Shown here piece by piece: positions 13,001 to 25,000 of a DNA stretch of 64,000 nucleotides. The first letter of the stretch is position 1. Every line of letters starts with the position of its first letter. This stretch comes from Pavona decussata. Taxonomy: Eukaryota. Location: positions 4,588,001 through 4,652,000 of the forward strand of contig CDRNST010000008.1 of assembly GCA_977016875.1 (NCBI GenBank), read 5' to 3'. The translations under genes were made by a program, and so were the position numbers. Below the pieces are notes generated by a model. The model worked only from the letters and a program-made list of their open reading frames with translations, did not search any database and was not told where the DNA came from.

Positions 13001-16000
13001 ATTTAGTAGGTTTGTCCTTAACCGTCTGAGAAATGTTATTCAAAAAACATTTTCCTGTTACAGTTGGACAAAATCTCCTTAGATTTGTTATGAAAAGACT
13101 GTCACATTCTGTTGAAAAAGATGCAAACAAACCCATGGAAGAATTTTAAAATGTAACTAGAGTTTCTAGTGCTGTTTGCATTTCTCATTTTTGGTTAGTA
13201 ACACTTTTCCTGTTCACTTGGAGATTCATAGACACTGTATTAAGTGTTTAGGTGAAATAAAAAGAGCCTTATTATAACCTATCAGGGAAGTGGCTAGGAT
13301 GGCAAAGAAATCATGAGTTAACCTTAAGACCTGCTCAATGGTATGGGGAGGGGGGGGGTCAAATTTCATATACATTTAATCATTTAAAGGTGATCAATTC
13401 CTTTATTCTCATGAGAATACAGTGTAGTTATATTGTAACGAGAAATTACACTTAACAGGTTTAACATGTAATGGGGCCTCAACCTCAACCTGGGTGTCAT
13501 CCCAGGTCATGTGGTTTATGACTGCCATTGAAGAATATATTTTTTCTCTCTATACAGCTGCAACTCTCTCAGTCAAAACATCATCACCAAATTGTGACAA
13601 ATGTGCCTTATCTGTGTTGAAAGAAAGTCCTCCCCAACCAACGACAACATATGAACAGCCTAAATATCTAGAGGCAGGGCCTAGCAACTCTTTGCCAGGA
13701 GCCAGCAACATTCCTTGCTCGGCAGATCCCTGCCCAATCATAGTGAGGAATTTACTTTGGCATGCTGTCCTCCGACATCAGGGTGCTGATGCCGAGAGCT
13801 TTAGTCGAAGGGCTATTGAATCCTTGGTGAAGAAACTCAAGAAAAAATTTTATGAGCTGGACTCGTTAATTGTGGCTATCACCTCAAAGGGACGGCAACC
13901 CTCAAAATGTGTCACTGTTCAAAGGACAATGGATGGGAGATTACAAGTCGGGGATAAGAAGGACTTTCCTCATGTTATTTATGCACGGCTTTGGAGGTGG
14001 CCGGATGTGCACAAGATGGAAATGCGACATAAAGAGTTTTGTCAGAATGGTTATGATACAAAGCATGAAAAAGTCTGTGTTAACCCATACCATTATGAAA
14101 GAGTTCAACCACCAGGTATGTTAAACTTATATTAAATTTGTCTCGGGTGGTGGCCAGCTGTCTTGTGAGAGCAGTCCTGAAAAAGGTTGGAGTTATCAAA
14201 GGAATTCCAAAATACTTTTCATTTTTCCTTATTTGTGATTTCATTCCTTTATATTACTTTTACAGTTATCTGTCAGTAGACTGTTAGTACAGATTTGTGG
14301 GGAAAGTGTTCTTCAGTTAAACCGAAAGTTGAATTTTAAGTTTTGTCGCAACAATGATAGTACATGTAGAATTGGATATTAAGCAAATCACCTGGCTTGT
14401 TAATTCTGTTTCAAAGTTTTCGTCTTGTCACACTGTTAAAAAGAACACTCGGGCTTTTTTTAAATTTACAAGAACTTCATTCCAGTTCACTTACGCACTT
14501 ATGGAAATAAAAAAAAATTATGTATGCAATTTTCAATTTTGAGCAAGTTCATCTTAACCGTTTATGAGCATCCTTACTTTGCACACAATTCATGCCAGGA
14601 ATTAAAATGTAAACAGATATAACTCTTCAGGTGATTGTTTAAATAGTTTTTAAGTAAGATAAGTAAGAGAGTATCTTGGTAGTAACTTTGGAGTTGAGTG
14701 TGTGAAATTTGAATTGTTAGAACTGTTTTTCAACTCACTTCCCATCAAATTTTGCCTATTAACACCTTGGTTGTATTGGAGTTGCAAGACAAGTGTTGAA
14801 CTAGAAAGGATGGCTCAGTTTATGTAACTCTATAGCTGGACTGACTCTACACAAGTATTGTAACACAAAAAGTTTGTCTCCCAAGCAATCCATTTGCACT
14901 ATTTTTTAAACCATTAGCTAATAAGTCATTTGTTTTTCAAATTTGAATTCATGATGTTTTCTTTCTGTTTAATAGATTGGTTTAGGGCTTCCTTGTATGG
15001 GAATGCACACAAGTCGCATGGTATGTCAAATTTGCCTTGATAAATGAAAATTTTAACTTATTCCTGTATATATATAGCCATAATATTAATAATTTTAAAC
15101 CAATGAGGTCACGACATGGAAGAGTGCTTCTGATTTGGTAATAAATCTCATGTTGTACATTGCTTTAAGGTACACGTTTGTAGTCTATAAGGGAGGTTAA
15201 TGACACTATGTTCAAAAGATGATGTTAGGTGGCAAAAGTGAATGGTAACCTTGAGGCTTTGCAAGACAGATATTAGGTGGCAAAAGTGAATGGTAACCTT
15301 GAGGCTTTGCAAGACAGATGTTAGGTGGCATGAATGGAAACCTTGAGGCTTTTTTAGGTGGCAAAAGTGAATGGTAACCTTGAGACTTTGCAAGAGAGTA
15401 AGGCTAGTGCTTTCCTCTGCGAGCAATTGACTTCATGGCCTTTTTAAACACACGACTAAGACCTGGAGTTTTGTGACTGTGAGCCAGCTGAGAGCCTGAT
15501 AATTTTTTTAGCTTTAAAGTATTGCTGTAATAAACTAGTTCTTTCCTGAGACTTTCAGTGTAGCAAGAAGGAGAATCATATCTTACTAAGTTAATTTTTC
15601 AAATGGCCTTAGACAGTTCTGGGTTCAAAGTAATTGGGAATCGAAGTGTGTTTGACAAGAAAAAAGGACTTCCAAGACAATACCATTCAAACAGTGAGAC
15701 TACAAGCTTAAGACCTGTGAAATTACACCAAAATCTGGCAAGACTGGCATATGTTTTATTATTATTAGACCATACGCCAGGTGTTTCTCCATATGACATA
15801 TCAAGAATGAATAAAAAGTGGACTTTTCACCACAGAAAATTCCTTGAATTTTTTTATTTGACATTTTGTGTTTTTAAACTTAAATGTGTTTTGCTTTTGA
15901 TTTTGTGTGACATATTTTGCTAATTAATATTTTTTCCTGTACTTAAAACTCAAGCAGAAGCTGAAAACAGCCGTAAAAGTGATGAGGTAAGTTATTTAAT

Positions 16001-19000
16001 ATGAAAATCAGTTTTAGTTTTAATTAATTTATAGCTGACAGGAAATGAAAGGAACAGACAAAATAGTATATTTGTTCCATTTTCATCACTGAATAAGGTT
16101 GGATTTTTGTTTGTTAGCTACATTTTACCTCAGTTTCAGGTTTACAGTGATTTCAGTGATTTGCTGTATTCAGTGGTCACATGCTTTAGACTTTAACCTC
16201 CTTATTTTTCAAGGGTGTTTATATTACATTTGGTAAAATTGTCAAAGTAGAATTCTTTAGCGGGCCTTGAAGTGAAATTTATCACATCTGTAAATTAAAA
16301 TTCTTTACACTTGTCTATTCCAGCATTAGTGTTTTTTCCTTATTCAAGTTCATTCAATCCCTACAGAGGTCAGTTGGCATTTAGTTTGAGTCGACATGCT
16401 AACAACTTAAGGCTCTTCCATTGACAGTTTAGATTTACAAAGTTCCTTAATTTATTCCTAAGAATATAACAAATTTGGGTCTAAAAATATGATGATTAAA
16501 TTCTTGGCCTGTCATCTCTGAGACAAAATTACTCCTCACTTAATCCAAACAGATGTGCTCGTTTAGATTGGGATCCTGTTTTTCTAATCTTTTCAGTAGT
16601 ATTTGATTGTTAGTTTCCCCTTCCTGTAGGCTACTAGTTGGCCGGTTACCCCTCCAGTTAAATAGTCAACTATACATTATACATGAACCTAGTTTAATGG
16701 CCCTAGCTCCCACGAGTCTCCTGTGGCTCAGTAGTAGAGCATCCAAACTAGTAAATATTGGAAGGTCTTAGGTTCGACTCTTGATAGGAGCACTCTGATT
16801 TTTTCAGAGTATGCCAGTGTGTCTCACTGAATAATACATCGTTCTCTTATACACCATCTGTTCTCATGTTGTTTCATCAGGACTCCAATGGCGGCTCGCT
16901 GTCAAATGAAAATGACGTTGGTGAGAAAAACAGTTGCTACTGTACACACAGCAGTTCTTCTCAAGGAAACAGGAAGAGACAAGAACCTCAAGATGCAAGT
17001 TATTTCAACTCCAGGTTAAAACGGAAGCCTGATTTTGAGGGAGACAGGTATACTTTCAGTAGATTCTTAGGATGGGTAAATGCTCTTGCTCAATAATACT
17101 TTTCCTCTTGATCATTGATACATTCACTTATAAATACATGTACAGTACTCCTATTAAAACCTCACCACAGCGTGCAACTACGATGGTGGTATTTTTCTCC
17201 CAGTTGCTGATAACCTGGACTTCTTTTTGGATCTGAGTTTGGATAGGGGTGTGCTGCCCAGGCTCTGAAACCCTGACCCTATTTATGACAAAAATGTATA
17301 CAGTCGCACCTCTATTAAGCGGCCACCTATTAAGCAGCCACTCTACATTAAGCGGCCACTTTCCAAAGTCCCGAATTATTCATTTGTCAGTAAAGTGCTG
17401 TATTCGATACCTCTATTTAACGGCCAACCTCTATTAAGCGGCCAGTTTTCAAAGTCCCCAGGGTGGCCGCTTAATAGAGGTCCGACTGTACTTTCCCTTT
17501 GTGAACTGTTTAGAGGATAGATTTTATTATTCCCTGTTTAAACAATTACAAAGGTATATGCACTGCAATGTACCTGTATATAGCAAATGCTAATCGTAGG
17601 TTGACTTAAAAAGAAAAAGAGAAAAGTAGTAGTAGAAAAATATACGAATATTAAGTAACTAGCCAATAATGATTCAGTTGGAATAAAACAAAACAAAACA
17701 AAACAAACATGCTGTTTAAAACAGCACTATATTAATGGGGTCCTTTCAAAATATTAAAATTCGGCTTGAATGTGAGGTCTAGAGGACACAAACAACAGGA
17801 ATGAATAAACATGATTATTTAGTTTCCTTTGTTTGTGTCCTCTAAGCCTTATTGTAAAGTTGAATTTTAATATATGGAAAGGAGCCTTCATGAATTTGGA
17901 TGCTGGATTAAAAAAATATCAGGGAAAATTGTCAAGATACAATTGTACGGAAAATATTTCCTATGTACCATCTCTACAGACCTGTCTATGACATCTTGAA
18001 GCCAAAAACTGATACCTTATATTGATAACCATGGGCGGCACATTTCCACACAGGTTATGTATGGGCGTACCCCCCACCCTCCTTCCAGACTTTTTACCTT
18101 GGGTTAAAGAGTTTCTTTTTGTACTGACAGGGCAATGTCAGCTGCTGCATCATCAGTGAGTTATTCTAGCGACAGCGATGAAGATATTGACATTGAAACA
18201 GACTCACCCAAGAGAGTGAAGGTGAATTCATACAGGACTTAGTTTATTGAGATTTTATTCTGATGATAAGCCAATAGAACTTTGATTCAATTTGACCTTA
18301 GGTTGAAACATTCCTTTTTCTACAAAAAAAAAAAAATTAAGTCGCACTATGAGCCTAAGTGACCCACATGGCCAGAGCTTAACTTAGCTTCTGTAGCATG
18401 AAGCAACTACATTTAGCAGTCTGGATGGGATGCTACCTAGTCCATCACAGGGTTATCCCTAGCAGTATGTTGCCGGTAACCATTTATACACCTGGGTGAA
18501 GAGAGACAATGTGGAGCAAAGTTTCTTGTCTAAGGAAACAATACAGCAATTAAGAGTCCAATCTAGCCTTGAACCACTGGCCTTCAGATCTTCCAACCGT
18601 CCGATTAAACAAAAGTCTGTCATGCTAATCACTATACCACTGTGCGTCCTTTCTTTCCTAAGCCATGCTGTATTCTTAGATAGCTATGAAAGTTGTCAGA
18701 GCTTGTGCCTGTTGGTATCTTTGTATGAAGTGCTTACAGTGTACACAATTTCACTTTGTTTATTCCCATGTTCAGCACTGCGATGCTTACATTCATTTGA
18801 CACTTAATTGCTTGTTTTTATAATAAATTAGTTAATTTAATGTTATGCACAATTCGCTGTTGTCTAATTAGCATGTTATTAAACACTTTGTGGTTTAGCT
18901 TTCTCCAAGTGAAACATTGAGTGAGAAAACTGGTCCTAAAACGGATGAGAGGTTAAGCAATTCCCACAGCAATTCAAGAAGGTAAGTTGACTTTAAACTT

Positions 19001-22000
19001 AATTTTGGATATAAACAAATCAGATTTTTTTAAATTTTCTTTTGGTCCAGATCATGGTTATGAATCTGAGACAAAATAAAAAATCAGTCACCTCCTGGTT
19101 TGAAAATTATCTAAAACAAAATAATTTAAACAACAACTTAGATATGATCATGAATTTAAACTGGCTGAAGTTCGGTGGTAAAGGTGAGATTCTGATCTTG
19201 TTTTTTTGGGAATAAATTAGTAACTTCACCTGAATTACAGGTGTAGTTTGTACAGCAAGAGAAACAGGAAACAGATGAAGTAACAGTAATGTTTCCATCA
19301 GTTGTTGCCATGCAATAAGTTCAGGTTCCCAACAAAAATCAAGTTCATTTTCTGTACAAAAATCACATCTCACAACAAATTTTAAGTTTCACAGAATATA
19401 TTAAGACTAGCGGTTCCTAACAGAAGTGAAGTGCTGCAGGCAGATGCTCTTAGCAGTGAAGAGTACTGTAGCATTTGTTTGGCTAAACAGACACTTTTAC
19501 TTGTACAGAATACAATACATTTCCAAAGCATAGATATCAAGACTTAGATGTGTGTATATCCCTTCCTGCAATCATCGTGATAAGCTTTATCTAATCTCGG
19601 TTTTACTAACTATCTCCGTAAATGTTAGTACAGCTGCATGCGGTAACTTTAAAATAACAATATTTTAAAGAATGCCCTAAAAATTACAGTTATAATAAAT
19701 AATCAAAAATCTTGTAACACATATATACAGTGATTGATTCAAATAAAGGTAGTTTATAGTTCCAGTTGAAGTGGTTGCCATCTCTGTGAACAAGAAAATC
19801 ACTGAATCTGCTAAATCGTACATAGATCGGTCATGAAGCCAATGATATTAAACACCATCTGCATTATCTCCTTAAACACTGTACTTATTCAGTTGCTCCA
19901 CTTTACAAAATCCATAATATTATGAATTGATAAGAGAAATATCCTCTAAAACAAAAGATGGCAAAACAAGAATAAAATGTAACAAAGCATACTTCCTCAG
20001 TTTATTTGTCTTTGTTGGTTTTGGACCACATATTAATTTGAAACAATTTGGTGCATTAGCCACTGACAACATTTGTTTAGTTTGGTTTACTTGTAACCAC
20101 AAAACGGTGTGCTGACAACCCAGTTATGTGCTCAGCTATAGTTCAATTGTCTACCTCCTGGCTAACTAATAAACACAATGTGCATTAAATAAGAGAAGAT
20201 CATGTTTAAAATAAATCTTTTTAGAAGAACTTGGAGAATGAGTGCCTTTAATTTTGTAATTTATAGTGATCAAGATTGTTCATAAATTGCTGGGTGTATC
20301 TGAGATATTGTCTTGGCTCTGTGTGAATTCTTTTTTTTCTTGTTTTTGTTTGTTTGTTTCAGAGTACGCTGTGCTTTGTGCAATTGTGTGAACAACAGTC
20401 AGTTGGGGCAAGGTGATCTGATATGTTTTGGAAGAATATCTGGCTTCCCGAGACACTCAACAAGTCCACAGCAATTTCAACAGTTTCCGTCAGGTCACCG
20501 AAATACACATTACCCTGCTGTTAGTAGTTCACTTTCTTCCTATGGCAGGGGAAGCCCCCATGATGACGAATACCAAGACCACAGTCCTTATTCCTTGAAA
20601 TACAGGGCCAGTCAAGGGGAAGGCCCAGCCATCAGGTACTCAGATTTACAGGCTTTGTTAACTTGTTTGTAGCTATGTTCATAATTTTGAGCCTTTCCTG
20701 ACTAAAACTGAACAGTAGTAATTTTTTGTAATACGTCATTTGCGAAGAGTTTGCAGTTTACCATAACAGGCATGTGGCATTCGATTTGTTTTCAAGAGTA
20801 CCACTGTCTTGTAGGTTTTGTATGCATGATATTCTGGTTCAAAATTGTTTGAAAGATGTTATAAAGAACTTGTAGATTCAGAGGTGTTTGTAGTGACAAC
20901 ATAATCACTGCAGCAGCTGGTTCATACACTGCACCAGCAAATCAGCTGATTGGTCTCATCAGTAGTTTAAAATTTTAATATTAATTTTAATTATTTTAAT
21001 ATTTTAATTGATTTTTATTTTATTTTAATCAGTATTTTAATATTTTATTTAAAAATAAAGTTGTCATTATTATTACTATCAATTAAAATTTTCATGTCCT
21101 GCTTGTATTAACACACAGATCACTAACAGTAGATGTAATAAGATATGACAACTCCAATGTGCTTTAGTGTGATCCAGGTGTTCAAAATGTAAAGCTAACC
21201 ATAGTATTAACCAGGGCCCCATTGTTCAAAGCTTAACCTAGGATTTGTGTGAACTTTGGTTACTGTAAAAGTTGTTTAACAATTTAGTTAAGAGAGTTTT
21301 CCATACAATGTCTGCAGTTCAGTTTTGAATTAGACTGTCCTGATAACCTTAAAATGAGTGAGATGAAAAGCTTGGTTAACTGTTAATCGGCTTTGACAAA
21401 CAATTAGGGTCAGAGATAATGAACGATGCATATAAGAAGTGCCTAATTTATTTATTGAAACTTCAGGCCAAGGAGCCCTGATGGAAAATCTAATGTGGTG
21501 AACAGTTCCAGTAACAACAGGCTCACACCTGCTCCTCAAGAAGACATTTCCAATGTTGGCTTCAGAGAGGAGCCTGAGCTGGTTGATCTGTGTGACATGT
21601 CTGGTCACATATGGGTCCATGAGAGATGTGCGGCATGGACACTGGCTTCCATTGCTACCAAGTCTGCAGTGGAATTTACTGTTGAGTTAACAAATCAGAT
21701 TCTCTCAAAGGTACAACACTCATAATGCCAAGTGATTGAGATAGGATTATGTAATGTTCAAAAAACGAGCAGAGTGTTTAAAAAACGTTTTAGACCCAAT
21801 AAAACACGTGCTACCAGTTTTTTGAATGGCTTCAAAAACATTCCTGGAAAAGCGTGTGTCAAGAGAGTTCATAACAATTATGCTTTTGTGAACTAAAATT
21901 AGCATACGAGAAAAACATTTAACACTGCATACTAATAAGGAGGAGGTTTTATCGGGTTTTAAAACCACTGCACGTGATGTTTTATCGACCATTTCATAGG

Positions 22001-25000
22001 TCAATAGGCTTATAAATTATTAATGAGTTTTTGAAGTAATGTTTAAAAAACAAGCAGGATTGTTTTACCTGGTTTAAAACAGCTGCGAGTTTTTTGAACA
22101 GCTTCAAAAACATTCCTGGAAAAGCATGTGTCGATAGAGTTCATAACAGTTATGCCTAAATTGTGAACGTTGGAAATTAGCATACGAGAAAAACACCGCA
22201 TACTAATTAGGATTGTTTTATCAGCTGATAAAGCACCACATACTAATAAGGAGGGGGTTTATCAATGTAAAGTCACTGTACTGCATGAGTTTTGAAGTCA
22301 ACTTAATGCTCATAGCCCAAATGAAAGCTTGAATAAGAAAAATATTTTTTACTACATGTATTTAATGCAATTTAACTAGCCACTTGAAATATGGTGGGAT
22401 AATTATCCTCACAATCAGTGATGTTAGTTGGCAGCTGTAACCTCCTCTTAAAAGGTATAATGTGCCTTTGTTGTTGTGAGTTTTTACCTTGAGCCTGTCA
22501 TTTCAATTTGCCATCTTGTTTTCTTCAGCCCCATTTGTCTGGACCCAGTTCATTGCCCCTTTACTTTATTGATGCAAAGTGGTCCATTGGCCTTTTCCAG
22601 TGTTCCATTTGTTAAATAGTTGTGATCTTCTTTGCAGAAGTGCAGTTTTTGTGGCCGTTTTGGTGCTAGTGTTGTATGTGAGATGTCTGACTGCGGGAGG
22701 ATATACCACTACCCATGCGCAATGGTTGCAAGGGCCTATCAGGTGAGAATAAACAGATTAGAAACTAATTCAAAACTCCGGGGTAAGTTTTGGGTTTAAG
22801 GGAAAGCCAGGTTAATTTAATTTTCAGGTACAAAAAAGGTATGGGGTGTTTTGGGGTTTAGTTTTAGCCTGTGAGGATTTTTTGGGGTGTTAAAGATTAG
22901 CTTCATTTGCACCCACTACCACTGGGCCTGGGGAATCATCCCAAGATTATCCATGTACGTACCATGATCACTGGATAATTAGTTTTGATTAGCTTAGCTG
23001 CCATGGGATATCAGTCATTATTAAAAACTGAATCATTGTATAATGCAATTCGAGGGATTTGATTGCCTTAGCGGCCATGGTATATGAGCCATTATACCAT
23101 GGCCGAGAAATGGCGACCATAAAATTGTCTGCTGGTTGTTCTTGCCCAGCGAAATCAGTAAGATCTAGCAATATTTCGTGATTGTTTTTAATAAAACAAT
23201 TATTCCACTTGCGCTTGTTGGATGTGAGATGATTATAGCCAACTCGGCGCTACGCGTCTTGTTGGGTATCTATTATCTCATATCCAATGCGTGCTTGTGG
23301 AATAATATTGTTAATTATACCATGCCCAAGAAATAGCGACCATTAAATTGTCCTCTGGTCTTTCTTGCAAAATGAAATCAGCAAGGTCTAGCAAAATTTC
23401 TTGGTTGTTTTAATAAAACAATTATCCTGTTGGCACTTGTTGGATATGGGATAATCGTAGCCAACTTGATGCTATGTCCTAGTTGACTATTTTTATCTAT
23501 CATCTCATATCCAACGCATGCTCATGGAATAATTGTCAAGTATAATCAGAAACTAATTATTTTTAATTACCTTTTCTTTTTGATAACAGGACATAAAAAC
23601 AATGAAACTTTACTGTGTTAGTCATGATGACATTATAAGAAGAGTAGGTGAGTTTTCCCGCATGTTAACATTTCCATTCCTAAATGATAGGAGACAAAAA
23701 GATATCAGTAAAATAGGTTTGCTAAAATATCGAAAGTACTGTGCATGACTAAATAAGGTTTTGTTTGCAATTTACAGCATTTTGTGACAGATGCCATCAG
23801 GGAGGAGAATTATCACAGCTGTTACTGTGCACCAGATGCAACTGCCATTATCATAGTTACTGTTGCTCTCCTCCTGTGCGTGCTACAGAGACTGTAAGGG
23901 TGGGCTGGGAATGTGCACAGTGCAAATCCTGCCAGTTTTGCAGGTAAAGTTCAACACATGTTATTAATGCTTTAAGTTGTTTCTCACAATATCACATGAT
24001 CTTGAAGGCCAATGTTGCTGTGTGCTCAAGAGGGTGTCGGTGAACAACTGTATTTTTGTTTTGTTTGAAGAAGAATTGAGTTCTTGCTAGCCACATGTAT
24101 ACAGCAAAGGCTGCACTTGGCACAAAATGACTGTTTATTCTCTGTTAAAACGTGTTGCAGGGTTCACATGATCATAGAAAGATCATGGAATTTGAAATTT
24201 GTATTCGTTAGATCTGAAAAAAGTACTGGTAATGGAAGTTTGAAAAATTGTTTCCCAAGGGTCATGGAAAAGACAAAAATCATTACTATCAGTTTTTTAC
24301 CAAAGCTGTGTTGGAGTATTGTCAAAAAAATAAAGAAATTTGGCAAACTTTTGTGTGAAGCATCAAAATGTCAGTGGAGCATTTCACTCCTTTTGTCAAT
24401 TTTGAGGTCATGAAATCATCATGAAAGGTTCTCTCCCAGTTCAGTGTGAACCATGTGTTGTCGCCATCTTCTTTTGACCATTGATGGTCTGTCATTAGTC
24501 AAACTTTGCAACCTGGAGCTATTGACAAGAAACAAATTTGGTTTATGAGTTAACTGTGTCAATGCTAAAAGATTAACGTAAGCCAAGGTTGCAGTGCTGC
24601 ATGCCATACATTTCAGGATAAACTTTCAGTTTAATTTAATAATAATTATTAGTTTGAAATAACTTTCTCAAAATTGTTTTGTTTTAGGGTGTGTTTCTAG
24701 TTTCGTATTGTTGATGACTGGAATAAAATTAATTTATAATCGTGTAATGAATTCTGCAGACAATCTTCTCCCAAAGACAAGCTGTTAATATGCAGCAGCT
24801 GTGACAAAGGTTACCATCCACTGTGTACAGTACCTATCACCAATTCAACAGAAAAGTTAGGCTGGAAGTGTGAGGTTTGTAACCTTTTCAAAGGTCTCAT
24901 TGTTCCATTTGATGTGCCATGTGCCACATGAATTTTGTTGGTAATTTTGGCAGTGAAAACCTGTAATTATCAAGTGAATGTTAATTGATCATTCATTTAC

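Noticed and set aside
6633-14135. Two separate intact Smad4 genes, or one canonical Smad4
   Set aside because: I found no MH2-coding exon anywhere in the window. The second ORF has no ATG-led first exon in convincing context but has a strong phase-matched acceptor, so both are better read as exons of one gene.
15221-15396. CRISPR-like array
   Set aside because: Head-to-tail tandem units with no unique spacers, inside a eukaryotic intron; it is a minisatellite.
16715-16795. Functional tRNA gene
   Set aside because: A and B boxes are present, but the acceptor and anticodon stems do not pair cleanly and a diverged copy exists at 41 kb; it is SINE-like.
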